64,000 nucleotides of DNA from an uncultured Candidatus Saccharibacteria bacterium (GCA_964583675.1 CAZOVH010000002.1:2602-66601); one strand, 5' to 3'. Counted from the stretch's first letter, positions 39,661 to 49,323 are shown. Program-made: numbers and translations. The notes: a model not told the origin generated them from the letters alone.

Positions 39661-40191
39661 CTATTTTTTCTCGACAAGCTTCTCACCCGGATGCCAATCA
39701 ATTGGGCAAAGACCACCAGTTTGTAATGCCTTTACTACGCGCAACGTTTCAGTAACAGAACGCCCAACATTACCATCTGAAAGTACTACGTAACGTACGT
39801 TTTGTTCTGGGTCAATGATAAATAGACCTCGCTCGGCTTGCCCATTGTCCTCATCCAGCACTTCATATGCCCTAGAGATTTTATGTGAAGGATCTTCCAG
39901 AATTGCATACTCTACATCTTTAAGGTCGCGCTCAAACCAAGCCTTGTGGCTCTGAATAGTGTCGGTTGAAGCTGCTAAAACTTCGCAATCTGCTTCCTGG
40001 AATTCTTTGTAATGTTTTTGGAATCCTTCAATTTCTGTTGGGCACACAAAGGTAAAATCACGTGGATAAAAGAAGAGCACAAGCCACTTGCCGGCGTAAT
40101 CTTTTAAGCTCACTTCTTTATAATCTTCTGACAGTCCTTTTTGATAGACACTGGCAGAAAATTCTGGTGCTGGTTTATTGAGTTGAATCAT
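39661..40191 (-). CDS. ahpC: 2-Cys peroxiredoxin
   Basis: FFYPRDFTFVCPTEI, GRSV, LCPIDW. Confidence 0.93.
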   Translation of the reverse strand: MIQLNKPAPEFSASVYQKGLSEDYKEVSLKDYAGKWLVLFFYPRDFTFVCPTEIEGFQKHYKEFQEADCEVLAASTDTIQSHKAWFERDLKDVEYAILEDPSHKISRAYEVLDEDNGQAERGLFIIDPEQNVRYVVLSDGNVGRSVTETLRVVKALQTGGLCPIDWHPGEKLVEKK

Positions 40192-40210
40192 ATAATTCTC
40201 CTGGTTAAAA

Positions 40211-40798
40211 TTACTTACTTGTTTTTGCCAAACGAGCGTTTACAGCTTGCCAATTAATAAGCTTCATAAACTCATCAATGTACGCCTTACGAGCCGTAGC
40301 ATAATCGAGGAAGTAGGCGTGTTCATACACGTCAAGCACTAAGAGTGCCTGAGTATTCCATACGCCTCCTTGGTTATGAGCATCGCAGATGTAATTTTCG
40401 AGCTGCTGGTTTTCATAATCCCAGGCAAGCACTACCCATCCACGGGCCGAAAGTCCGAGGGCAGCAAAATCTGTCGCCCACTCCTCAATACTTCCCCACT
40501 GCTTTTCGATAAGTTGCGCGATATCACCACTGCACTCTTGTGTTTCGGCAGTCATATTCTCAAAATAGGCTTCGTGCAAACGAATAGCGTTGAGCGCAAA
40601 TACTTTTTCGAGATTTACTTCTCGAATTTCCGCATAGGTACCATTGCTAGCGGCTGGATCTACCTTACGAGCTAACGCTGAAAGTTCATTGTATTTTTTT
40701 ACATATCCCTCGTAGAGCTTATAGTGCTCAGCGAGCTGCTTCTCCGTTATACCGGGTAATTCGCTATAACCAAGAGGCTTGGCGGTTACTTCTGTCAT
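40211..40798 (-). CDS. Fe/Mn superoxide dismutase
   Basis: EHYKLYEGY, LHEAYF, GWVVL, DVYEHAY. Confidence 0.92.
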   Translation of the reverse strand: MTEVTAKPLGYSELPGITEKQLAEHYKLYEGYVKKYNELSALARKVDPAASNGTYAEIREVNLEKVFALNAIRLHEAYFENMTAETQECSGDIAQLIEKQWGSIEEWATDFAALGLSARGWVVLAWDYENQQLENYICDAHNQGGVWNTQALLVLDVYEHAYFLDYATARKAYIDEFMKLINWQAVNARLAKTSK

Positions 40799-40815
40799 AT
40801 TTTCCTCCTCAAAGG

Positions 40816-41331
40816 TTACTCTTCTACTTTACCAAAGCTTGCCAGCTCATACAAAAAGCTATTGCGAGTGGTTTTGACTGGAGCCACCCCCTCAAAAGCA
40901 AACATATATGAGATCACTTTTGCTTCAGGCTCTAATTGACGTATCAGCTGCGCACGCATCCGCGGCATATGATGATGAATTAGATAGAAATACACCACAT
41001 CAAACTTTCCGATATCTACCGCCCAAAAACTACGCAAGTAAACTTTGGCGCGTTTACCATAGCGCAGAAGCCTAACACGAGCGATCAACCACAAGAGCGG
41101 ATTTACTTCAAATCCAGTTACGATTGCTCCTCGTCGAGCTGCAGCTGCGAGTACTTTTCCATCGCCGCAACCCAAGTCCACAAACTTTGTGCCTTTTTTC
41201 ACGCCGGCCAGATCGAATAGCTCATCAAAATCCTGGCGAAAAGCCGGCACCCAGGGAGCTCCAAGAAAAGCACCCAAGCCAAAGCTCAGTACTACAATCG
41301 AGGCAATTATCCAGAACCAGTTCACTGTCAA
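40816..41331 (-). CDS. membrane-anchored class I SAM-dependent methyltransferase
   Basis: GAPWVP, VDLGCGDG, GFEVNP. Confidence 0.88.
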   Translation of the reverse strand: MTVNWFWIIASIVVLSFGLGAFLGAPWVPAFRQDFDELFDLAGVKKGTKFVDLGCGDGKVLAAAARRGAIVTGFEVNPLLWLIARVRLLRYGKRAKVYLRSFWAVDIGKFDVVYFYLIHHHMPRMRAQLIRQLEPEAKVISYMFAFEGVAPVKTTRNSFLYELASFGKVEE

Positions 41332-41769
41332 CTAAGCTTCGCCGTGCTCCAGCGCCTCTGCAGCATCAGCCTCTTCCTTAGTTTTATGGATCGTGCCTGG
41401 TGCATGTTCAGCAGGACTGTAGAGCGAATACACCTTTAAGTCACTGTCGCCAATATTTACTACGTTGTGCCAAGTACCAGCAGGGATCAGTACTGCATGA
41501 TCTGGCTGTAATTCGGCAGTATCTGCTACCTCTTCCTTGGTTGCGCCAGTTACAAGCTTAGCGGCACCAGCCTCTACTCGCAGAAACTGATCTACATCAC
41601 CGTGAACTTCTAAGCCAATTTCACTGCCCGCAGGAATCGACATCACTGTGAGTTGAGTATATTCACCAGTCCAAAGAGTAGTACGAAAATTTGTGTTATT
41701 CTTCGTCTCAGCTTCGATATCTAATACATACACTTTCTTGTCATGTTCTGTCATAGTTTTTTCTCCCAT
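41332..41769 (-). CDS. cupin domain protein
   Basis: IGLEVHGDVDQFLRVE, IPAGTWHNV. Confidence 0.9.
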   Translation of the reverse strand: MGEKTMTEHDKKVYVLDIEAETKNNTNFRTTLWTGEYTQLTVMSIPAGSEIGLEVHGDVDQFLRVEAGAAKLVTGATKEEVADTAELQPDHAVLIPAGTWHNVVNIGDSDLKVYSLYSPAEHAPGTIHKTKEEADAAEALEHGEA

Positions 41770-41844
41770 TACCTCCTTCTATTATAGCGCGAATTGTCTA
41801 CCGTTCCTATCTGGAATCTGCTATAATTACGGCTATTGCTATAA

Positions 41845-41921
41845 AGGGGTGTAGCTCAGCTGGCTAGAGCGTCGGTCTCCAAAACCGAAGGCCGCGGGTT
41901 CGATTCCTGCCACCCCTGCCA
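41845..41921 (+). tRNA. trnW: tRNA-Trp (CCA)
   Basis: Cloverleaf, AGGGGTG/CACCCCT acceptor, CTCCAAA loop, encoded CCA. Confidence 0.97.
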
Positions 41922-41987
41922 AACTTCCACCATCATGGTGGTTTTTTTATTGGCTAAATACACAACATAACAGCTATAATACCTAGC

Positions 41988-43661
41988 ATGAGCAGCGAAG
42001 AAATCAACCAACAGCTCAATGAACACACTGTAGAAGCCAAAATTGCCGGGCCACTCGTCTTCACAATTGTAGTAATTATTCTGTTGGATTTTTTACTTGG
42101 TAAAACTTATTCCACCAATCCCTGGGTCATTGGCGGAATCCTGGCTGGCAGCTTACTCTTCTCGCTCAGTCATAGCATTCCGGCACTCAAATTTGTCAAA
42201 CGTCATGGAGTGTACCTCCTCCTGTATCACTTTCTCCTAGCCGCTTCCCTCATATTTATTGTGCCTACGCTATCTTACTACTTGCTTATCTGGACTATAT
42301 TGGCCTATTTAAGTGAGTATTACTACCAAGCGAAAGGCATATATGTAAGTCTTACTGGGCTACTTTTGACGATTGCTGCCGGTACCTGGTACCAATACAA
42401 GCCGGTAACGACCGACGAACTTTGGGGCGCCATCACCTGGTTTGTTGTGCTTTCAGTTATTATTCTTATGCTAAGTCGCGTCATGCTCGGTAATCGCACG
42501 AAAAGACTTGAGCTTTCTGAAAAAATTATTCATGCCGAATACGAACACGAACGCATGATCAACCTAATAAATAGCATGAGTGAAGCCGTGCTGGCTATGG
42601 ATGAAAAAGGCACAATCAATATCTATAACGCTGCGGCTATGGACCTTCTAGACACCAATGTGGAGCTGGCTGGGAAAAATATAGACGAGGTCGTACACTT
42701 GTATGATGCACAAAAGCACCCGATTAGTGCCCTGCAGATCTCGCAAGAAACTCGTTACCTGCAAAAGCGTTCTGATGTCTTTTTACACTTTGGCGAAAAT
42801 GATGAAGTCGCTCTCGAACTTAATATCAGTCGTACTTCTCTCCAATCGGCTCTTTCCAAGAAGCAAGGTTTCACTTTACTACTACGCGACATAACTCAAC
42901 AAAAGAGCTTGGATGAAGAGCGTGATGAATTTATCTCAGTGGTTAGCCATGAACTACGCACTCCAATTACTATTGCCGAAGCCAATGTGTCGATGGCCGA
43001 ACTTCTTGTTAAAAAGTCTGATAAGAAACCTGAAGAAGTGCACGCTGCCCTTGATAAGGCTCACAAGCAAGTGCTTTTTCTGTCAGATATGGTTAATGAT
43101 CTCTCCACTCTCTCACGCGCAGAAAGAACCGATAAAGAGATGGAACTCGAAACCTTTGATATTGGAGATATTCTAACGGAGCTAGCCAGTACGTATCGCC
43201 CACAAGCTGAGGCAAAATCTTTGTATCTCAAACTAGATGCCGATCAAAACTTCCCCAAGGTTACCACTTCTCGCCTTTATTTAAAGGAAATTCTTCAAAA
43301 CTTCATCACTAACGCCATTAAATATACTCAAGCCGGGGGCATAACCGTAGTGGCCCATGGTGAGAATGGGCTCCTAAGGATTAGTGTTGCCGACACCGGT
43401 ATAGGTATTTCTAAGAGTGAACATGAGAAAGTTTTTGATAAATTCTGGCGTTCGGAAGATCCACTTACCCGCCAAACTGGCGGAACTGGTCTTGGGCTCT
43501 ACATTACGGCCAAGCTTGCTCGACGTATCGGTGCTCAAATAGATTTCCGAAGTGAACCAAAAAAAGGCTCCGTCTTTACCCTGAGCCTACCAGTCGTTGC
43601 GGTACAAGATATTGATAAAAAGAACGTCGTCAAGAAAGAGGTAGAAAATATACTCGACTAA
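41988..43661 (+). CDS. membrane PAS sensor histidine kinase (orphan)
   Basis: Multiple TMs, PAS, SHELRTP, NAIKY, DTGIG, GGTGLGL. Confidence 0.95.
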   Translation: MSSEEINQQLNEHTVEAKIAGPLVFTIVVIILLDFLLGKTYSTNPWVIGGILAGSLLFSLSHSIPALKFVKRHGVYLLLYHFLLAASLIFIVPTLSYYLLIWTILAYLSEYYYQAKGIYVSLTGLLLTIAAGTWYQYKPVTTDELWGAITWFVVLSVIILMLSRVMLGNRTKRLELSEKIIHAEYEHERMINLINSMSEAVLAMDEKGTINIYNAAAMDLLDTNVELAGKNIDEVVHLYDAQKHPISALQISQETRYLQKRSDVFLHFGENDEVALELNISRTSLQSALSKKQGFTLLLRDITQQKSLDEERDEFISVVSHELRTPITIAEANVSMAELLVKKSDKKPEEVHAALDKAHKQVLFLSDMVNDLSTLSRAERTDKEMELETFDIGDILTELASTYRPQAEAKSLYLKLDADQNFPKVTTSRLYLKEILQNFITNAIKYTQAGGITVVAHGENGLLRISVADTGIGISKSEHEKVFDKFWRSEDPLTRQTGGTGLGLYITAKLARRIGAQIDFRSEPKKGSVFTLSLPVVAVQDIDKKNVVKKEVENILD

Positions 43662-44380
43662 GTCTTCTTGTCGGGCCGGATGAAGAATGTAATAGCCATA
43701 AATATACCTAAGAGTGAAATACCTACCATAAGCTGTATGGACTGTGCAATTGTCAAAACTCCATCGCTACCAGCGCTGCTGAATGGCAGTAAGCCAAGAA
43801 CGACAAATACGACGGCGAACATCACGCTTAGCACCCTCAGTCGAACTTTATCGCGCTGTATACTCACAGCCCTACTCTGACGCCAAAACGCGATCGACAA
43901 GAATAAACTGCTCATATACTGCAAAGATAGAACGCTTGTGTATACTCGAGAAACTGGGCTATACAATATGTATGTAGCTCCATCCTGCACTAGAGTTACC
44001 GGAATAAGCATCAAGTCTCGAAGCGCTAAATACGCCGCGGCTAGAGCAGCTACGACGCTTAATGAAACAATTACGCCGCGGGCAAAATCTGACTTAGGTG
44101 CATAGAGACGTGCAACTAACACCCAGAGCGTGACACCTGCAATCAGCTCAAAGAATGAACCAATCATCATCGCTAGCGTCAGAACTTTCGTGTTCTGTGT
44201 AATTACCGCTGGAAAGGCCGAAAGTGAGAGCGTAACCGTATAGCACACCACCGCGACACCCAAATACAGCGTAACTTTATTTTTAGTTTTCACATAGGAG
44301 CGAATGCTGGCAATTGCGAAGACAATAAATAGCGGGACTGCTAAAAGCGCATGAACATAATTCGCTGGAAAATTACTCAC
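43658..44380 (-). CDS. 7-TM membrane protein, paralog 2
   Basis: Seven hydrophobic segments; QYMSS..F..Q..DKVRLRVL shared with neighbor. Confidence 0.8.
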   Translation of the reverse strand: MSNFPANYVHALLAVPLFIVFAIASIRSYVKTKNKVTLYLGVAVVCYTVTLSLSAFPAVITQNTKVLTLAMMIGSFFELIAGVTLWVLVARLYAPKSDFARGVIVSLSVVAALAAAYLALRDLMLIPVTLVQDGATYILYSPVSRVYTSVLSLQYMSSLFLSIAFWRQSRAVSIQRDKVRLRVLSVMFAVVFVVLGLLPFSSAGSDGVLTIAQSIQLMVGISLLGIFMAITFFIRPDKKT

Positions 44381-45102
44381 GCAGCTCCTTGTCTTCTACG
44401 CTGCAGCCAAAATGCTGAGAATAAGAACACAACGCCAAGCAAGAAGGCGGCTGCCAAGACGTAAGAAGTGCTGTTAAGGTTCGCACTAAAATCAAAAATA
44501 GGCCTTAAGACATAAAGTCCACCAACTATCAAAAACAAGATTGCTAACACAAATAATCGAATTTTTTTTGCAACGTCCTGAGTTCCCCACCCTTGTGCAA
44601 GAAAGCGAGCAGCAATCAAGGGTAAACTAAGATATTGAACCGCTGTAACGAGCTGATACCCTCGAGAAAAAGCAAACTCTATCTGCCAGGCCCCATTAAC
44701 ATACTGCATAATTACTGGGTTTGCCAGATTTTCCTGAACGGAAAACCACATGCCGATACAAATAACAATTGCATCCAGGGCCGCGACAACATACATAACA
44801 CCCTTGCGGTCTGGGAAATAGATACGAGCGACAGCCAACCAGATCCAGAACAACGCCAGAAATTGCAGAGCATCACCAATAATAGTAGCATACGTAAGCA
44901 GTATGCTTGTCTCAGGAACGACTAGTGGAGTAATTCCGTAGAAAACTAGTGAAAAAAAGAATGTGATGGCACTTAGACCAAAAAAAGTGTTCAGTAGATT
45001 AGGTCCACTTTTTTGAGACTGAAAGCTCTTATATGCCACAAAGGCTAAAAGTGGCAAAGCTACATACCAATGTATTGCATTAAGCGGAAGACGCATCTGC
45101 AT
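44377..45102 (-). CDS. 7-TM membrane protein, paralog 1
   Basis: Seven hydrophobic segments; QYLSL..RF..Q..KKIRLFVL. Confidence 0.8.
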   Translation of the reverse strand: MQMRLPLNAIHWYVALPLLAFVAYKSFQSQKSGPNLLNTFFGLSAITFFFSLVFYGITPLVVPETSILLTYATIIGDALQFLALFWIWLAVARIYFPDRKGVMYVVAALDAIVICIGMWFSVQENLANPVIMQYVNGAWQIEFAFSRGYQLVTAVQYLSLPLIAARFLAQGWGTQDVAKKIRLFVLAILFLIVGGLYVLRPIFDFSANLNSTSYVLAAAFLLGVVFLFSAFWLQRRRQGAA

Positions 45103-45133
45103 GGATTATAGCACTTATGCTTCCTAAATAAAA

Positions 45134-45209
45134 TGGAGCCCGCGAAGGGACTCGAACCCATAACCTACGGTTTACAAAACCGTTGCTCTACCAATTGAGC
45201 TACGCGGGC
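45134..45209 (-). tRNA. trnT: tRNA-Thr (TGT)
   Basis: GCCCGCG acceptor, TTTGTAA anticodon loop, GTTCGAG, CCA. Confidence 0.96.
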
Positions 45210-45252
45210 TGGTGCAGCATCCTAGCCGAAGTTAGAACTTTGCTACTCAACT

Positions 45253-45281
45253 ATTCTATAACCTAACCTGATATGGCGCAA
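45253..45281 (-). promoter_or_regulatory. outward-facing promoter at the element end, pointing at tRNA-Thr(TGT)
   Basis: TTGCGC-17 nt-TAGAAT on minus. Confidence 0.55.
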
Positions 45282-45572
45282 CAGATTATTTGTACCCCCT
45301 ACCCTTTCCTATATATTGAATGATATCTTTCAATTACCATTATCCTATATCGGTAAAGTAGACTAGCTTATTGTGTATGTTTTTATATGTAGTTGTGCTA
45401 AGTAGCCACTTTCATATTTTGTTATGTTTTGTTAGGTTTTTTGAGGTTATATGTGCCATACGTAATTGAGGATATTAATAATCAAAATAGATTGAAGATT
45501 AGAACTATATTCAAACTTGAAAGGTAGGTTGATAACAAGACTATCAATCATATCGCTATTCTAAAAGATACC

Positions 45573-45794
45573 TTACCTCTTAGAATTTTTTAGGGCATTT
45601 ATTTGCTTCTGCAAGCTTTCTAGCTCTTCTTTAATATTTTCAATATCATCCTCTATACTTTCCTGGTCACCACCAAGCAACCTGACTGCCTCCTCTAGCT
45701 TTACGTCTGCTCGTGCATTATTAGTGAGGTTTTGATCAGTTTTATATAGCCAAATAACCAATAAAACGATTACTACTGCCAATACGAACTCCAT
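45573..45794 (-). CDS. small TM plus coiled-coil protein
   Basis: AAGGAG RBS, N-terminal TM, heptad C-terminus. Confidence 0.7.
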   Translation of the reverse strand: MEFVLAVVIVLLVIWLYKTDQNLTNNARADVKLEEAVRLLGGDQESIEDDIENIKEELESLQKQINALKNSKR

Positions 45795-45894
45795 TTAAAA
45801 CTCCTTTTTATTATGGGTACCTAATTGTAATCATCACTACTCAAACCTCATCCGTTGGTCAACTTCCATCTATATAATAACTACAGAGCCGTAG

Positions 45895-46461
45895 CTACAG
45901 TGCACTCTCCATAACTTTTAGCATTTCCTGCTGCTGGGTCGCAGTATAGTTGCTAGATACACGCAAAACTACATTACCATTCACCTTATAAGCGCCTGCA
46001 CTAATTGCCCCTGTCTGGAATTGTTCAAGATATTCACCCCTTGTTGCTGCATCTGCCCCAGAAGCAAATACTTCTATTGTGCCACCAGCATCTGTCCCAT
46101 AATTATCCTTACTGATGTCTATTTGGTTTCCATTCTCGTCGACAGGCTGATAGCCAGTACGTGTGTCATAGAAGCTCCCAGCGTATTGATACTCACCCTT
46201 TTTACCAAGTAAGTTGTTTGAGTCTGTAGCCTCAGTTACAACATAAACAGATTGAACTGTTGGGGTTTCAGCTTTTACTTTATCTAATACATCTTGTACT
46301 AATTCATTACCAGTCTTATTTTCTGCCTCGTTTTGAGTTTGATCTGTAGTTACAGAGCGAGGTTGCACGCTATTATTATTTGTATTGAAGTAGTACATCC
46401 CCGCGACCGCAGCTACAACTACCACCAAAACTACCACGCCTACTAGTACTTTCTTATTCAT
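45895..46461 (-). CDS. membrane-anchored/secreted hypothetical protein
   Basis: Signal anchor, TDSNNLLG..GEY and GGTIEVF segments, AGGAG RBS. Confidence 0.8.
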   Translation of the reverse strand: MNKKVLVGVVVLVVVVAAVAGMYYFNTNNNSVQPRSVTTDQTQNEAENKTGNELVQDVLDKVKAETPTVQSVYVVTEATDSNNLLGKKGEYQYAGSFYDTRTGYQPVDENGNQIDISKDNYGTDAGGTIEVFASGADAATRGEYLEQFQTGAISAGAYKVNGNVVLRVSSNYTATQQQEMLKVMESAL

Positions 46462-46562
46462 ACAACACTCCTATAATTTACAATTTCATTGCTTACTCTA
46501 TCATGCATGATTTTCTTTTCAAATATCTACTGCATTCTAATCACCAATATACTAAGGTCGAA

Positions 46563-47240
46563 TTAATATGACTCACAGCCATATCCATCTCCATCTCTAT
46601 CAAAGCGATGCTTATCGACACCGATAACAGTTACGCTGAAACCAATGTCTCCACAATCGAGATCGTATGAAACATTCGGGACACAGGGACTGTAGTTTGG
46701 ATCACAATTTCCCGCTGGTACTTGAGCTTTGGGCTGTGTCGCTGGCTGCTGGGTAACTGGGGCTGGCGGTGCTTGAGGAGTAGGAGTTGCAGCTGGCGTT
46801 ACTACAGCTGCAACCTTAGTACCCTTAGCAATACGCTTTACCGAGGGCTGCTCTACAATGACCTCACCTACTCTTTCTTTTTCTTCTTCAACTCCACCCG
46901 ATATTAGTACTCTATATGTAACTGCTTTCTTCCCTTCACGACCTTCCTGTAAAACTTTCGTTGTGCCTTCTTCTAGGTTCGAGTCATCTACTGTTTCAGT
47001 CGCATATCCAACTGTCTCGAAATCTGTATATTCCTTAAAACTATCTGGAGAAGACCCTGCGAACATACCTAGATAGAAAAGCATCATGATGGCAGACAAT
47101 ACGCTCAACGATACTTTTTGCCAAGTTGGCCGCAAAGACACGATCCATAAATACCAGAGAATAAATGGCGGGAAAAAGACGATCGCAGCTATGAACCCTG
47201 CAGGTCGTAAGTACCAAGGTCTTTTACTTTGAGCGTTCAT
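46563..47240 (-). CDS. membrane protein with G5 domain and excalibur-like Ca-binding tail
   Basis: DSNLEEGTTKVLQEGREG..IAKGTK (G5); CDPNY..C..DLDC..FDRDGDGYGCE. Confidence 0.85.
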   Translation of the reverse strand: MNAQSKRPWYLRPAGFIAAIVFFPPFILWYLWIVSLRPTWQKVSLSVLSAIMMLFYLGMFAGSSPDSFKEYTDFETVGYATETVDDSNLEEGTTKVLQEGREGKKAVTYRVLISGGVEEEKERVGEVIVEQPSVKRIAKGTKVAAVVTPAATPTPQAPPAPVTQQPATQPKAQVPAGNCDPNYSPCVPNVSYDLDCGDIGFSVTVIGVDKHRFDRDGDGYGCESY

Positions 47241-47953
47241 CTATCTACCTTTCCGTTACAGGTGTTTGCAGCCCAAAGCCCTCTAGTAGCATCTTTTGCC
47301 TGTTGCTCCAAGCTTATAAAATCATTTAGCTTAGCAGTAGGATATTTTCTGTACGCAAAAGCATAACCTTCCTCGACCATTACTGCATTGACTAAAGTTC
47401 CATCGGCTAGATATACATACCGCAACAAGCGACCGTATTTGTCTTTATCGCCCTGGCTCTCATCTACTACCAATACAACTGGCTTACCCTCTACGAGCTC
47501 TTTCATCTTGCGAGAAGCTTCAAACCCATAGCACTGCACTGGCTTCCGAGGATCTTTTGTCTCTGGAGTGTCGATTCCTAGCAACCTAACCTTATAGGTT
47601 ACGCCATCTGAGACCACTGTTATCGTGTCGCCATCCACAACGTTTTTGACGACCGCAGAAGAATCGGGCAGAGACTGATCAATTATCGCCTTGTCCTGCT
47701 TCTCTAAGACTTGGCTACTTGCCTCTTTCTCTAGACTAGCTATAGGTTGAGATGATATGGATTTATCATCTGGGGTTTCATATTCATCAGGGTCAGTAGT
47801 AAGAGAGCTGGCGTACAGTTGATTCATTTGAGCAACTTCTCTGGGTTGAAGCACAAAACTATACCATATGGTGTATAGTGTCATAACTAATATTAAGTGA
47901 AATACCAACATTAGCCATATTGTTGCTTTATGCTTTTTCCGACCTCGTGCCAT
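47237..47953 (-). CDS. thermonuclease (SNase) family, membrane-anchored
   Basis: VVDGDTI, VRLLGIDTPE, DKYGRLLRYV, RGLW. Confidence 0.93.
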   Translation of the reverse strand: MARGRKKHKATIWLMLVFHLILVMTLYTIWYSFVLQPREVAQMNQLYASSLTTDPDEYETPDDKSISSQPIASLEKEASSQVLEKQDKAIIDQSLPDSSAVVKNVVDGDTITVVSDGVTYKVRLLGIDTPETKDPRKPVQCYGFEASRKMKELVEGKPVVLVVDESQGDKDKYGRLLRYVYLADGTLVNAVMVEEGYAFAYRKYPTAKLNDFISLEQQAKDATRGLWAANTCNGKVDR

Positions 47954-48096
47954 TAATTGAATTCTACCCCTATATACTCAAATCGTATACTAAATGCGTT
48001 ATTGGTATAGCCACCCGCAGTTAAAGATACTCCTTCCGCTCCGCTTATATATAGACTGGAGGAGTAGCTATTAAGAGCTGCTGTGACGGGGGGTGT

Positions 48097-48582
48097 TCAT
48101 CTGCAGGTAGTTGTCCAGCCCCCAAACGGATTATAGGTGGAGTTACAGGTTGTGGACGGTACAGGTGATGGACTAGGCAAGGGTTGTAGTTGTAATGGAG
48201 CCGTGTAACTCGGTTGGGCTTGAGAAGTGCTGGTTGGTTTAGTGTTTGCATCATTTAGTAGCTGCCAGTAACCCTTCTTAAGGTCGGCCAGCTCCGTACC
48301 ATATTTGGCAATTAAATTATTCCTAGCATCCACTGTCTTTATTAATTGTTCGTTCTCCGCTGTCGCCTTTTCTTTTTCCGCAGTTATCTTAGATAGCTGG
48401 TCCAGTCCAGTCTTCTGGAGTCTGACAGTGTATACCGATAAACCCAACAAAGATACTAGTAATACATAAAAGCCGATCTGGTAAAATTTTGTTGTCCTGC
48501 TAGATTTTCTGGGATCCGAATTCCTTTTCAGCTCGGCAACTTCCGCCTCAAGTTTTTCAATATTTACTCGTTGGCCCTTCAT
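48097..48582 (-). CDS. TM plus coiled-coil hypothetical protein with Cys-bracketed tail
   Basis: One TM, heptads, P/T/S linker, TTCN..TTTCR. Confidence 0.75.
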   Translation of the reverse strand: MKGQRVNIEKLEAEVAELKRNSDPRKSSRTTKFYQIGFYVLLVSLLGLSVYTVRLQKTGLDQLSKITAEKEKATAENEQLIKTVDARNNLIAKYGTELADLKKGYWQLLNDANTKPTSTSQAQPSYTAPLQLQPLPSPSPVPSTTCNSTYNPFGGWTTTCR

Positions 48583-48657
48583 AGCGCGTTCTCTCTAGTG
48601 CTTGATAAATGTAAATAAAAAATATTGGATATATACGACATTCGCATATGAACACTG

Positions 48658-49263
48658 CTACTCATCCAGCGACTCACTCAGCTTTTTTAACCCTTTTTTA
48701 TAGTATTTCATTTGGGTGTCTTGTGGCAGTTTTTGAATATCATCATCAGAGATATTAATTTTATTCACCTCTCGAAATCCTAGGCGAATAACGCTCATCT
48801 TCGCTAGGTCTTCATCGTTATGCGGACCGCTTTCTGTAGCAGTATTTTTCTTATCTATCAAGCCAGTCGAAGAGTTGCTAATACGACTCTTTGGCATCTT
48901 GGCTAACTGCTTGTTTTTATTGTAATACGCTACCCAACTAAGTAATGGCAATACCCAAATCGAGAAGCCACCCAAAAGAAATAAAATCATATTTGCTATT
49001 GCTGCAATGTTCTCCATCAGAGCTCGTGAATCAGCTGATTCACTACTATTTTGACCAAGTATAAAGTTGATTAGAGCATACAGTGCCACTGTAAGGCCAA
49101 ACATTATAAAAGGAGACCACAACCACCTATACATGCTGGTTACGAGCCTCTTTCTATCGGGTTGCATCTTAGAGAGTTGGCCAGCCGTGAAAGCCAGCTG
49201 AAACAATAAGAATATGTTTACGAAGAGCGCAACTATAATCATGGGGAAAGAGGAGTTTTCCAT
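48658..49263 (-). CDS. 3-TM membrane protein, paralog of 50565-51647
   Basis: RKRL..Y.WLW.P, ILFLLG..LP..SW and C-terminal LGF..VN..DI.K.P..YY..GL. Confidence 0.8.
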   Translation of the reverse strand: MENSSFPMIIVALFVNIFLLFQLAFTAGQLSKMQPDRKRLVTSMYRWLWSPFIMFGLTVALYALINFILGQNSSESADSRALMENIAAIANMILFLLGGFSIWVLPLLSWVAYYNKNKQLAKMPKSRISNSSTGLIDKKNTATESGPHNDEDLAKMSVIRLGFREVNKINISDDDIQKLPQDTQMKYYKKGLKKLSESLDE

Positions 49264-49323
49264 GCACTGAATTATACACCACCAAGATCTAAGCGCTGAA
49301 TGCTATCTATCTACAAACAGCTT

